Origin: an uncultured Bacilli bacterium
Lineage (GTDB): Bacteria > Bacillota_I > Bacilli_A > RF39 > UBA660
Assembly (NCBI GenBank): GCA_947627975.1
Contig: CANQYB010000004.1
Span: 1-53,196 of the forward strand
Length of the DNA stretch: 53,196 bases
Direction: 5' to 3'
The notes below the pieces were generated by a model. It was not told where the DNA came from. It ran no database searches and was given only the letters and a program-made list of their open reading frames with translations. Positions 35,767-45,745 of this stretch are shown in pieces; the stretch's first letter is position 1, and each line of letters opens with the position of its first letter. Position numbers and translations under genes: made by a program.

Positions 35767-36678
35767 TTAATTTCTTCTATTATAGCTAATCATTTCCATG
35801 TCAACAGTAAGTTGTTTTATTCTTTCAATAATTCTTCGAGCTTTAACAATATCACTTTTATAATTAGTTGAAGATAAATGTTCTTCTAATTCTTCAATAT
35901 TTAAATTAGATGTAATAAACGTTGATAATTTATTATCCATTCTATATTGTAAAATGTTACCAAGTATCTCATCTCTTCCCCAAATAGTTAAACTTTCAGC
36001 CCCTAAATCATCAATGACTAATACATCAGCATTAATAATTTCGTTAAAAACATCATTAAAAGTATTATCTTCCATTGCTTTTTTTAAATTAACAAGCATA
36101 GTTTGAAAATACATCATAAAAACATCAACATCTTTTTTCTTTAACTCATTAATCATACACGCTATTAAATATGATTTGCCACAACCAAAATTACCATGTA
36201 AATATAATCCTTTTTGATACTCCTTATTATAATTATCTAAAAAATTTTTTAAATATTTAATAACTTTAGTTCTCTTTTTATCAGAGATATCTACAAATTT
36301 AAATGAAGCATTTAATATTTCTATTGGTAAATGATTTCTTTTCTTATCTTCAACTTTTTTTATTTTTTCTTTTTCTTTTTTATAATTACATGCTCTGTAT
36401 TCAAAAATTAATTTATCATCAACTACACGAGGAAAATATATATATCCTGAAACAGAATTTTTACAGGAAGATAATGACTTACAAATACGACAATTATTAA
36501 GTTCACAAGTTGTTTTTTCTAATTTAGATGTATAATTAACAGCTACTTTATCAGGAATATTTAATTTATTTAAAAGATTAGTAAAATTTTTATCTTTTTT
36601 AGATAAAGATAGTTCACTTATCAAACTAGCTTTAATTTTTTTTTCTTGAATATTAAATAAATTTCTGTATTTCTCCAT
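35767..36678 (-). CDS. dnaI: Helicase loader DnaI
   Basis: 303 aa with an N-terminal Cys-rich zinc module (CRICKSLSSC), Walker A GNFGCGKS and Walker B VLVIDDLG. Confidence 0.9.
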   Translation of the reverse strand: MEKYRNLFNIQEKKIKASLISELSLSKKDKNFTNLLNKLNIPDKVAVNYTSKLEKTTCELNNCRICKSLSSCKNSVSGYIYFPRVVDDKLIFEYRACNYKKEKEKIKKVEDKKRNHLPIEILNASFKFVDISDKKRTKVIKYLKNFLDNYNKEYQKGLYLHGNFGCGKSYLIACMINELKKKDVDVFMMYFQTMLVNLKKAMEDNTFNDVFNEIINADVLVIDDLGAESLTIWGRDEILGNILQYRMDNKLSTFITSNLNIEELEEHLSSTNYKSDIVKARRIIERIKQLTVDMEMISYNRRN

Positions 36679-36682
36679 TTTA

Positions 36683-37960
36683 TCACCTATAATCTTTTAA
36701 TAATTCTTCCATTTCTTTTATTTCTTCTAAAGTTGCCTCTTCTTTTTCAATTTCACTATCAAACCAAACTGGTTTTTTAGTAACATTCTTTTTAGTATTA
36801 AGTTTTTTGTTTATTTTTTTATGTTCTTTTTCAGCAACTTCCATGGCATCAGCAGCTGTTTCTAAACCTAATCTTTTCCACTGACCAGCAATTGTTTCGA
36901 CATAAGATGTTGATAATTTATTATTATTAATTTTTAAAACATAGTCAATTAAAACATTAACTACCGCAGGTTTAAGATCAAGATCAATAACTAAAGTCTC
37001 TAAAAGTTTCTTATCTCTATTAGTTGGTATAGCCCCCTTATATTTATTTTTTAAAAAATCATAAGGAGAAGTATTTTCAAAAACATATAAAATTTTACCT
37101 CTTTTACTTTCGTCACCTTCTGGATTTTTTAAATACTCTGGTTGTTTTCGATAAATTAATGTAGGTAATGATGATGAATTATTAAATTGATAATAATTAC
37201 GTGCACTTTTTCTTAAATTTTCTTTATTAATCATTCCATGTTCGTTTAAAACACTTCGAATAAGTTCACTCATTTTTAATGAGTCTAAATTGTAAACAAA
37301 TGCTAAATTATTAATAAGCTCTTTCGTTTTTTTATTAAATGTTTTATCATTTATTATACCCTTTGGTAAAGAAGAAATAATTAAATCAAAATCTAAACCA
37401 TTCTTAATATTTATTTTTGATAAATTTTTTTCTTTAATATCTTTATTTTCAAAATTAATATTATTACTTGATTTAAAAGTAGTATCTAAAGTTTTACTTA
37501 TATCATTATATTCTTTTAAATTTAAATTTATATTTGTGTATATTTTTTTTAAATTTTCATATTCATTTTTACCTATATTATTATATAAAACAACATTTAA
37601 TATTGGATGATTAAAAAATTCATAACTGCTTAAGGGAGAATAAAGTTCATAAACATATGAATTTATATCACCTTTTTTAAAATAAGTTTTAATAAGCCCA
37701 ACTGATTCTAAAATTTCCCGAGCTACTTTTATATCGTTTAAATTCATTTTCAAAATAGTCATTAAATGATGATGAGTAAAATCTTTGGAAATTATTTCTA
37801 ACTTATCTAAATCACGCCATAAAGTAAGATAAAGACTAACTGCAGCATGACCAATTATTGGTTGATATAAGCTGATTAAATTATCTTTATCAACTTTAGT
37901 AAGAACTGTTTTATTATAAACAGAATAAATATCTGCTGGCAAAAGGGTTATATTTCTCAT
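36683..37960 (-). CDS. dnaB: Replication initiation and membrane attachment protein DnaB (Firmicute type, DnaD-like domains)
   Basis: 425 aa. It lies 4 nt upstream of dnaI, as in Bacillus. The DnaD-domain signature is YVETIAGQWKRLGLET. Confidence 0.8.
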   Translation of the reverse strand: MRNITLLPADIYSVYNKTVLTKVDKDNLISLYQPIIGHAAVSLYLTLWRDLDKLEIISKDFTHHHLMTILKMNLNDIKVAREILESVGLIKTYFKKGDINSYVYELYSPLSSYEFFNHPILNVVLYNNIGKNEYENLKKIYTNINLNLKEYNDISKTLDTTFKSSNNINFENKDIKEKNLSKINIKNGLDFDLIISSLPKGIINDKTFNKKTKELINNLAFVYNLDSLKMSELIRSVLNEHGMINKENLRKSARNYYQFNNSSSLPTLIYRKQPEYLKNPEGDESKRGKILYVFENTSPYDFLKNKYKGAIPTNRDKKLLETLVIDLDLKPAVVNVLIDYVLKINNNKLSTSYVETIAGQWKRLGLETAADAMEVAEKEHKKINKKLNTKKNVTKKPVWFDSEIEKEEATLEEIKEMEELLKDYR

Positions 37961-38041
37961 GTTACCACATCCTCATTACTAATATTTATTATAAAGTAAA
38001 TAAGATTTTAAAACAAGAAAAAAAGCACTAAAGTGCTAATT

Positions 38042-39412
38042 TTACTCATTTTCATTTGGAACAACTATATCAGTTGAAACAGTTTTTAAATTTCCCTCTT
38101 CATCATTCTCATTATCAAAAATTTCTCTATTTTCTTTTTCATCAATAATATTTTCATTTTGAGCTAAAGAATTAATAGTAGCTATTTCATTGATATTACT
38201 TGGCATAGATATTTCTTTTTTAACTTCTTTTTTTATAGTAAACGTATAGGCTTTTTTTATTGTAAATTCATTACTTTCACCCTTATTATATGTAATAGAA
38301 ACAATAATTGTAAATATATTAGATTCGTCATTAATTTCTACATTATAAGTATTATTGTCAGTTCTATCAATTTCTTCTTCACCTTTTAATAATTGAACAT
38401 TCAAATTTTCATTATCAATATTATTTGGTGTTACAGTAATTGATACTTCATTACTTTTTACTGTATATATTCCATTTTCGTCTTGTATTTCTTCATCATC
38501 ATCTTTAATATTTAACTTTATGCTAGTATCAACTTTTTCAATATTTATAATTATTTTTTGTTCATCTATTTTAATTTTTATTTGGTTTTCTTCATCTTTT
38601 TTTACAGTTACATATCCTTCTCCTGAATTATTTTCATCAACTGTATATTCATCCTCAGATATTTTTCGATCATTAATATAAGTTTCTTCTAAATTTTTTG
38701 AATAAAAAGATAAACTAAGTTCTTCACTTTGATCAATAACTAAATTGTATTCTCCCTTTTTTTCGTCAACACTTAAATTATAACTATCTGAATCATTATT
38801 AATTTTTAATTCTTTTAATTTACAATCAATTTCAATTTCTTCTTCTTTTTTAGCTAATCGACCTTTATCATCAATTGCTGTATATGTAATTTTAATTTTA
38901 TCAATACCTAATTTTTTATAACTATCAGGTATTTCATCACAATCTCCAAGACTTAATACAGTTCCATTAATTAAATATGCATCAATAGAAATATTAACTT
39001 CTAAATTATTATTTAGATAATCTGTTGCAGTTACACCTTCTTTAAAATCATTTAAATTTATCTCATTTATATTTTTAAGAACACCTGCATATTCTAAAAA
39101 TTTTTTTTGTAATTCAGCTCCATATGTTATTACTGGTTCTGAAATTTCTTCTTGGTTCTCAATTACTACTGGACTTTCTTCAGTTACGGCAACAGTTTGA
39201 ACTATTTCTGGTTTTGTATATGATATTTCATCAGTTGTTTCTTTTTCTTTAACAACTTCTTTAGTTGTTGGTTCCTTTTTATCTTTTAATTTTTCCTCTT
39301 TATCTCTTGTAAAATACCAAGTAACAATAATTCCAATGGCAATTAATAAAACAATTGCTAATATGATAAATATTGTTCTTTCTTCTTTTTCTGTCTGATT
39401 ATCCTTTGACAT
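38042..39412 (-). CDS. Membrane-anchored acidic surface protein with Ig-like/cadherin-like beta-sandwich modules
   Basis: 456 aa with an N-terminal TM segment (IFIILAIVLLIAIGIIVTWYF). It has a DUF5011-like stretch (GVTATDYLNN..KIKITYTAIDDKGR) followed by two modules ending ..Y.v.i... typical of cadherin-like beta-sandwiches. Calls are from pattern memory. Confidence 0.55.
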   Translation of the reverse strand: MSKDNQTEKEERTIFIILAIVLLIAIGIIVTWYFTRDKEEKLKDKKEPTTKEVVKEKETTDEISYTKPEIVQTVAVTEESPVVIENQEEISEPVITYGAELQKKFLEYAGVLKNINEINLNDFKEGVTATDYLNNNLEVNISIDAYLINGTVLSLGDCDEIPDSYKKLGIDKIKITYTAIDDKGRLAKKEEEIEIDCKLKELKINNDSDSYNLSVDEKKGEYNLVIDQSEELSLSFYSKNLEETYINDRKISEDEYTVDENNSGEGYVTVKKDEENQIKIKIDEQKIIINIEKVDTSIKLNIKDDDEEIQDENGIYTVKSNEVSITVTPNNIDNENLNVQLLKGEEEIDRTDNNTYNVEINDESNIFTIIVSITYNKGESNEFTIKKAYTFTIKKEVKKEISMPSNINEIATINSLAQNENIIDEKENREIFDNENDEEGNLKTVSTDIVVPNENE

Positions 39413-39542
39413 TTTTTTACCCTCCTATAAATTATAAATAATTGTAGTATTTATTATCTACAATCCTTATAAATAAATTATAACACTAATTTTATACTAA
39501 TCAAGATTTAGTGTAAATAATTTGTCAAAAAATGGATTTTTT

Positions 39543-40307
39543 TCAACATGCTTCATCACAAGTAGAATTTAAAATTTCCAATATATTATTTTTATAAATA
39601 TCATATAATTCTTTTCTCTGTTCTTTATTTAAAATTATATATGGATCACTTTGGCTATCAACTGTTGACGTATGAATATTTATAACCTCTCCATTTTTTA
39701 TAAACATTACTGTTGGAGCATAGATTCTTTTAATATTTTCATCATTTAAGCCACTATAAGTATCTAATTTATCTTTTAATCTCTCAACTAACAAATTATA
39801 TTCTTTTTTACCTTTTTTCACAGTAATAATTTCATTATTTTCCTTTTTTAATTCATTTCGATCATTTTTTATATTAAGGTAATATATTTTATTTAATCCT
39901 GTTGAAGAAGCAGCTTGTATTAAAATAGGAACTGCATTTCTACACCAAGGACAGCTTTCAAAGCCAAAATATATTAAAGCATTTTCTTTATTATCTAATA
40001 TTTTATTAATTTCTTTATAAGTTGTATATTTAACAATATTGTCATCATTAATTAAAACTTCAGGATATTCTTTTCCATTACTACTTTTTTTAGAATTTAA
40101 ATTTTCATATTCCTTTTTAAATTTTAATGAATCACTTATTTCTGTTTTATTTTTAGTTTCTTTATTTTTATTTATAAAAGAAAATATAATTAAAAATATA
40201 ATAGCAATTATAACTAACGCCATAAATATTAAATTTAAATAATTAGCAAAATTTTTTATATTAAATTTTTTATTATTATCTTTTATTTTTTTTCTTTCTT
40301 TACTCAT
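39543..40307 (-). CDS. Membrane-anchored thioredoxin-fold protein (CPWC active site; Bta/BdbA-like)
   Basis: 254 aa with an N-terminal TM segment and LIYFGFESCPWCRNAVP (CxxC). ATGA overlap with the gpmI stop. Confidence 0.7.
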   Translation of the reverse strand: MSKERKKIKDNNKKFNIKNFANYLNLIFMALVIIAIIFLIIFSFINKNKETKNKTEISDSLKFKKEYENLNSKKSSNGKEYPEVLINDDNIVKYTTYKEINKILDNKENALIYFGFESCPWCRNAVPILIQAASSTGLNKIYYLNIKNDRNELKKENNEIITVKKGKKEYNLLVERLKDKLDTYSGLNDENIKRIYAPTVMFIKNGEVINIHTSTVDSQSDPYIILNKEQRKELYDIYKNNILEILNSTCDEAC

Positions 40308-41824
40308 ATACTACTTTCCTCCTTATTATAAAATAAATCACTAGTATTTTCCATTTCTTTTGGCAAAGCAATATCCATATATTTTAATATTGTAGGAGCA
40401 ACATTACAAAGTGTTCCATCAATTAATTTTACTTTTTTATCAGTTATAATAAATGGTACTTTAGAACTAGAATGTGTTGTTATTTTAATATTTTTATCAT
40501 TTAACATATAGTCGGCATTCCCATGATCAGCAAGTAAAAAAACTTTATAAAAATTATTTTTAGCTGCTTCTAAAATTTGACCTAAACATTCATCTACTGT
40601 TTCAACGGCTTTAATAGTTGCTTGCATATTGCCAGTATGCCCAACCATATCACAATTGGCAAAATTAACTAAAATAAAATCATAATCTTTATCTAAACAT
40701 TCTAAAACTTTATCTTTTACTTCATATGCACTCATTTCTGGTTTTAAATCATAAGTTGCCACTTTGGGAGATGGAATTAAATATTTATCACATCCAACTA
40801 AGTTTAAATCTTTTTGTAAATCAAAGAAAAAAGTAACATGAGCATATTTTTCAGTTTCAGCAATTCTTGCTTGAGTTAAACCTAATTTTGATAAATATAC
40901 CCCTAAAGGATTTTCACCTAAATTTTCATTTATAAGAAAATTAGTTTTGATAGTTTTAGATACTTCATAAAATGTTAAAACATAATTTTTCATATTTTTT
41001 CTTATAAAATTTGGAAAATCTTCATTTACTAAAGGCATTAATATTTGTTTGGTACGATCATTTCGATAATTTAACCAAAATATACAATCTCTATCTTCTA
41101 TAATACCACTATTATCTAATAATAAAGGTGGTAAAAATTCATCAGTAATATTTTTTTCATAACAATCTTTAATGGTTTTATCAATATCCAATGTCTTAAT
41201 TCCTTTTCCATAAGTTATTAAATCATAATAAAGTTTTGTTCTATCCCACTTATTATCTCTATCCATTGCATAATATCTTCCACAAATTGTAGAAATTTTA
41301 CCAATTCCATGTTTTTCAATAGCATTATTAATATATTTTATAAAAACCAAAGATGATTTACTATAAGTATCTCTACCATCAGTTATTAAATGAAGATATA
41401 CTTTTTTTATATTAATTTTTTTCAACTTAGATAATATTCTTTCAAAAAATTTAATATCATTATGAACTCCCCCATTAGATGCTAAACCAATTAAATGAAT
41501 ATTAGAATCATTTGTTTTAGCATAATTAATCATTTCTTTAAAAGAATTATTTTCAAATATTTCATCAGTATTTAAATAATTTGTTACTTCTAATAATCTT
41601 TGTGTTAATTTATATCCTGCTCCAATAGTTGAATGTCCAACTTCACTATTTCCAAATTGACCATTTGGCAAACCAACTGATTCACCACTAGCATCTAAAA
41701 GGCAATGAGGATAAGTACTATATAATTTATCAAAATTAGGTGTCTTTGCATTTTTTATAGCATTACCATGTACTTCTTCTCTCATCCCAAATCCATCCAA
41801 AATTATAGTTAATACTTTTTTCAT
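40304..41824 (-). CDS. gpmI: 2,3-bisphosphoglycerate-independent phosphoglycerate mutase
   Basis: The start is set at MKKVLTIILDGFG (GGTGAT-N4-ATG); the ORF-track start is 41836. Motifs: NSEVGH, ITDGRD, ADHGNAD. Confidence 0.94.
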   Translation of the reverse strand: MKKVLTIILDGFGMREEVHGNAIKNAKTPNFDKLYSTYPHCLLDASGESVGLPNGQFGNSEVGHSTIGAGYKLTQRLLEVTNYLNTDEIFENNSFKEMINYAKTNDSNIHLIGLASNGGVHNDIKFFERILSKLKKINIKKVYLHLITDGRDTYSKSSLVFIKYINNAIEKHGIGKISTICGRYYAMDRDNKWDRTKLYYDLITYGKGIKTLDIDKTIKDCYEKNITDEFLPPLLLDNSGIIEDRDCIFWLNYRNDRTKQILMPLVNEDFPNFIRKNMKNYVLTFYEVSKTIKTNFLINENLGENPLGVYLSKLGLTQARIAETEKYAHVTFFFDLQKDLNLVGCDKYLIPSPKVATYDLKPEMSAYEVKDKVLECLDKDYDFILVNFANCDMVGHTGNMQATIKAVETVDECLGQILEAAKNNFYKVFLLADHGNADYMLNDKNIKITTHSSSKVPFIITDKKVKLIDGTLCNVAPTILKYMDIALPKEMENTSDLFYNKEESSI

Positions 41825-41942
41825 TACTATCACCATAAAAAGTATAACAAAAAAAATAAATTATGAAAAGAAATTGTTTTAATATAATATTTTTTATATT
41901 ATATATTTTATTTTTTTAGTATTGTAATATATTGTTTCAATT

Positions 41943-41970
41943 AAAAAAATAGATGAAATTAATCATCTAT
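41943..41970 (-). terminator. Terminator after the zinc-ribbon membrane protein gene
   Basis: ATAGATGA-N6-TCATCTAT (41949-41970) with the stop codon in the loop, followed by U6. Confidence 0.5.
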
Positions 41971-42759
41971 TTTTATCAAATCCACGTATTGATTATCAGA
42001 ACTTATTAATGTTAAATTAGTTTTTGTATTATAATCTAAAATACCCTCATATTTTTCTGAGCTGCCAAATGTAGATTTATTTTGATATTCCCCATTTATT
42101 TTACAAATTCTGGGATATAATGTTATAGTATAATAAATTTTCCCATTTTCAGTATATTTATAATTATTATCTTCATAATATCCATAGGAAGCTGAAAAAG
42201 TGCCTGTACAATAATTATCATTATGATTTGAAGTATTATAAAGTTTATATTCTCTATCATCTAAATCAAATTCATAATTTCCTCCTGAACTTTTATGATA
42301 CCATTCCCCATCAATATATTTTTTAGCATTAAAAATATAATTATTATTTTTTGTACTGTAAGATGATGAATAACTTGAACTAAAATTATTATAAGAATGA
42401 TTTATATTATTGTTTGAATCAACAAAAATAAATATAAAAATTAAAATAATAATAATTAGTAATAAAATTAAAACAGCAATACAAATACTAATTATTGATA
42501 AAACTGGTCCATAGCATTTTTCTCCAGTTTCTTTTTTATATTTATGTCCAACAACAATACTAATTATTGCCATTGGTAAATTTAAAATACTAACAAAAAA
42601 TGCCGAAATTAAGGAAACAATACCTAAAACATTTGACAATTCTTTATTATTTTTTGATTTATTATCATTTTTTGTTTTTTCTACTTTAGAATTTTCTTTA
42701 TTACAATCTGGACATTTCCCATTTTTATTAAGTTTTTTACCACAATTTGAACAATACAT
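41959..42759 (-). CDS. Zinc-ribbon / two-TM (DUF4190-like) membrane protein with an Asn/Tyr-rich C-terminal domain
   Basis: MYCSNCGKKLNKNGKCPDC, then two TM segments (LGIVSLISAFFVSIL.. / LSIISICIAVLILLLIIIILIFIFIF), then a C-domain of about 150 aa. Confidence 0.6.
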   Translation of the reverse strand: MYCSNCGKKLNKNGKCPDCNKENSKVEKTKNDNKSKNNKELSNVLGIVSLISAFFVSILNLPMAIISIVVGHKYKKETGEKCYGPVLSIISICIAVLILLLIIIILIFIFIFVDSNNNINHSYNNFSSSYSSSYSTKNNNYIFNAKKYIDGEWYHKSSGGNYEFDLDDREYKLYNTSNHNDNYCTGTFSASYGYYEDNNYKYTENGKIYYTITLYPRICKINGEYQNKSTFGSSEKYEGILDYNTKTNLTLISSDNQYVDLIKIDD

Positions 42760-42823
42760 TTTTAAACCTCTTTTCTTTAATATAATAATATCATAAAAAT
42801 TTTAAAAAATACAATATTTTACA

Positions 42824-43450
42824 TTATAATTTTTTATTTTTATATTTACAAATATTAACAAAAGGACAATTTACACAATTAGGATTTTGACTTTTACATA
42901 AATATCTTCCAAAAAATATTAATTGATGATGTAATTTATTCCATTTTTCTTTAGGGAATTTTCTCATTAATTTTTTTTCAACAGTTAATACATCATCATT
43001 TTCTTTAGCAATATTTAATCTCTTTGAGACTCTTTGTACATGAGTATCAACAGCAATAGTTGGAACATTAAAAAGTTCTCCTAAAACAACATTAGCTGTC
43101 TTTCTTCCCACTCCTTTTAAATTTTCTAAATATTTTCTGTCATTAGGTACTTTCCCATTATAATCTTTAACTAAAAAATTAGCTATTTCTTTTAAATATT
43201 GGCTTTTTTTAGTATATGAACCCAAACTATAAATATATTTAGCAATTTCACTTGAATCTAATTTAGCAATATCAAATATATTATATTTTTTAAATAACTT
43301 TTTGGTAACTTCGTTAACTCTTTTATCTGTACATTGAGCAGATAAAACAACAGCCATTAATAATTCGTAATCTTTATTATAATTTAATTCACATTTAGCA
43401 TTTGGAAAAAGCTGTTCTAAATTTTTTAAAATCTCATCACTCTTCATCAT
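42824..43450 (-). CDS. nth: Endonuclease III
   Basis: 208 aa with HhH-GPD LKGVGRKTANVVL and an Fe-S cluster C-x6-C-x2-C-x5-C (CKSQNPNCVNCPFVNIC). The dnaD-nth pair matches Bacillus. Confidence 0.93.
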   Translation of the reverse strand: MMKSDEILKNLEQLFPNAKCELNYNKDYELLMAVVLSAQCTDKRVNEVTKKLFKKYNIFDIAKLDSSEIAKYIYSLGSYTKKSQYLKEIANFLVKDYNGKVPNDRKYLENLKGVGRKTANVVLGELFNVPTIAVDTHVQRVSKRLNIAKENDDVLTVEKKLMRKFPKEKWNKLHHQLIFFGRYLCKSQNPNCVNCPFVNICKYKNKKL

Positions 43451-44072
43451 TTAACCAATCATAATCAAATAAATCATCATATTTTTTTTCATCTTTTTTT
43501 TCTAAATGATTATTTACATCTTTCATAGTTTTAAATCCTTTTTTATTCCATTCATAAATAATTTTATCAATATATCTGAAATTACTAACACCATTATAAA
43601 CAGCTTCTTTTAAAGCTCCAATTATTAATTCTTCCGAAGTATTAGTAGAAAGCCATCCATTAATTATTTCATATTCCATAGGTGATAAAGTTCTACCTAA
43701 TTCATTTTCAAATGTTTCAAATATATTATTTTCTTTAATAACTTCATTTTTTTCTTCTATAATTTCTAATATATTTTTATAAAATTCATCTAAAGAAATT
43801 ATTTCTGTTAATTTATTGTTTTCATCCTTAATACTTTTAATACTAATTAAATTTTTAGTTATTAAACTATTAAAATTATTAAGTACCTCATCAGAAGTTA
43901 AATTTAATTCTTCCGTAATTTTTTCAATATTAAAAGCTGGATTGGCATTATTGTTAAAATAGATTAATAATAAACATTCATCAATATTTAATTTTAATTT
44001 TTTTAAAGCTTTTATAAAAGATGTAGATAAGACATATTGTTTTTCTTTAATTAGATATTTAAATGAATCCAT
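43437..44072 (-). CDS. dnaD: Replication initiation protein DnaD
   Basis: The start is set at MDSFKYL (GGAGG-N7-ATG, 1 nt after the cca stop); the ORF-track start is 44093. The DnaD C-domain signature is FRYIDKIIYEWNKKGFKT. Confidence 0.85.
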   Translation of the reverse strand: MDSFKYLIKEKQYVLSTSFIKALKKLKLNIDECLLLIYFNNNANPAFNIEKITEELNLTSDEVLNNFNSLITKNLISIKSIKDENNKLTEIISLDEFYKNILEIIEEKNEVIKENNIFETFENELGRTLSPMEYEIINGWLSTNTSEELIIGALKEAVYNGVSNFRYIDKIIYEWNKKGFKTMKDVNNHLEKKDEKKYDDLFDYDWLNDEE

Positions 44073-44073
44073 T

Positions 44074-45165
44074 TTATTTCCTCCAATAATCAATAATATA
44101 TTTTTTTAAAATTTGTTTTTCATTTAATATTTTACCATATAATACATTGTAAACTAAATCTTTTTGAATTTCTTTTATTATATTTGATGGTTTAATATTT
44201 AATATTTTTATTATTTCATCAGTTGTAATATTTAATTCACTAATATTTTTTATAGGTAAGTTTTTATACATTTTACTAATTTCTTCTTTATCAAATTTTA
44301 AAATACAACCCGCTACTAAAGAAAGATATAACCCATGTTCATATAAAATCATATTATCTATTTTTTTATATTGTAATATTTTTTTTATACAGTTAATATT
44401 GTATGCACTTTGTTTAGAAAATTTATAATTATTGCTAAATTTTATTTGTGCCCATATACCATATAAATCATCAACATACACTACATTTTTATAATCAATT
44501 TCAATAATTTTTAAAATATCAAGTTTTTTCATAATCTCTAAGCCTTTTTTTAAATTTTTTGAGGCAAAAATTAAATTAAGTTCTTTCATTATTAATTCAT
44601 AAGGTAAATTTTTCAATAATTTTTTATATTTTTTAATATATTTTATAATAGTATTATCCAGGTTAAAATCTAAAGTTGTAGCAAAACGAATAGCTCTTAA
44701 CATTCTTAATGGATCTTCCTTAAATTTCACATTAGGACTTAAAACAGTTTTAATTACTTTATTTTTAATATCAGTAAGGCCATTTAGTTTGTCATAAATC
44801 TTACCATTTTTATCCATACAAATTGTATTAATAGTAAAATCTCTTCTTAGTAAATCTTCTTTTAAATCTTTAATATATTCAATTTTGTCTGGTCTTCTTT
44901 TATCACTACTGTAATATTCTTTTCTATAAGTATTTATATCAAAATTATATTTATTAGTTAATATTTTAACACTACCATATTCATCATCATTAATTTTGGC
45001 ATCAGCAAATATTTTTATAATATCTTTAGGAAGAGCATCAGTAATAATATCAACATCATTAGTTTTAATATTTAAAAAACCATCTCTTACATATCCTCCA
45101 ACTATATATGATTCAAAACCATTTTCATTTAGTGTATTTAAAATATTATATATTTTTTGATTCAT
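44074..45165 (-). CDS. cca: CCA-adding tRNA nucleotidyltransferase
   Basis: The start is set at the ATG at 45165 after GGTGA; the ORF-track TTG is at 45177. Motifs: GGYVRDGFL..NDVDI, RRDFTIN, RAIRFA. Confidence 0.9.
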   Translation of the reverse strand: MNQKIYNILNTLNENGFESYIVGGYVRDGFLNIKTNDVDIITDALPKDIIKIFADAKINDDEYGSVKILTNKYNFDINTYRKEYYSSDKRRPDKIEYIKDLKEDLLRRDFTINTICMDKNGKIYDKLNGLTDIKNKVIKTVLSPNVKFKEDPLRMLRAIRFATTLDFNLDNTIIKYIKKYKKLLKNLPYELIMKELNLIFASKNLKKGLEIMKKLDILKIIEIDYKNVVYVDDLYGIWAQIKFSNNYKFSKQSAYNINCIKKILQYKKIDNMILYEHGLYLSLVAGCILKFDKEEISKMYKNLPIKNISELNITTDEIIKILNIKPSNIIKEIQKDLVYNVLYGKILNEKQILKKYIIDYWRK

Positions 45166-45237
45166 TTTTTTCACCAATATAATTATATCATTAATTAAAA
45201 AAAATTTTTCAATTTTTTATTAGTTAAATTGAAAAAT

Positions 45238-45702
45238 TTAATAACTTTTTTTTACCTTACTATATCCAGAATCATGTTTATAATTTTCTGTTTTTTCTTT
45301 TATTTCTTTAATATTTTTTATTCTTTCTGAAGAATAAAAAACTAATGATTTGATAAAATGATTATTTTTAGAACATTGAATAAAATATTTATAAACATCA
45401 ATATATTTTTCATTTTTTTCTATTATTGTATCACCAGCATAAACTAAATTAGTTTCATACCCTTCTTCTTGAAGTTTTGTAATTTGATGAATTAAAGCAG
45501 TTTCTTCATCATTATTATTAATTTTTATATTAGCATAGTCACAAATACTTTCAATATGATTATTAAATAAACATTCTTCATCTTTATTCTTATCATCATC
45601 TTCTTTTTTTATAAAATTTCCCATAGCAAATATTCCCATAATTGCAACATAAGAAGCAATTAATAAACCAGAAATAATTTTATCTTTTTTTGTTTCTTTC
45701 AT
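45238..45702 (-). CDS. Membrane-anchored hypothetical protein (154 aa)
   Basis: N-terminal TM segment (IISGLLIASYVAIMGIFAMG). TAGGAGG SD immediately after the rpoC 3-prime hairpin. Confidence 0.55.
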   Translation of the reverse strand: MKETKKDKIISGLLIASYVAIMGIFAMGNFIKKEDDDKNKDEECLFNNHIESICDYANIKINNNDEETALIHQITKLQEEGYETNLVYAGDTIIEKNEKYIDVYKYFIQCSKNNHFIKSLVFYSSERIKNIKEIKEKTENYKHDSGYSKVKKSY

Positions 45703-45720
45703 AAAACCTCCTAATTATAT

Positions 45721-45745
45721 AAAAACTGCTTAATTTAAGCAGTTT
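45721..45745 (-). terminator. Hairpin at the rpoC 3-prime end (terminator/attenuator)
   Basis: AAACTGCTTA-AAT-TAAGCAGTTT (45723-45745) contains the last three codons and the stop codon. It is followed by a short U-run. Confidence 0.45.
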
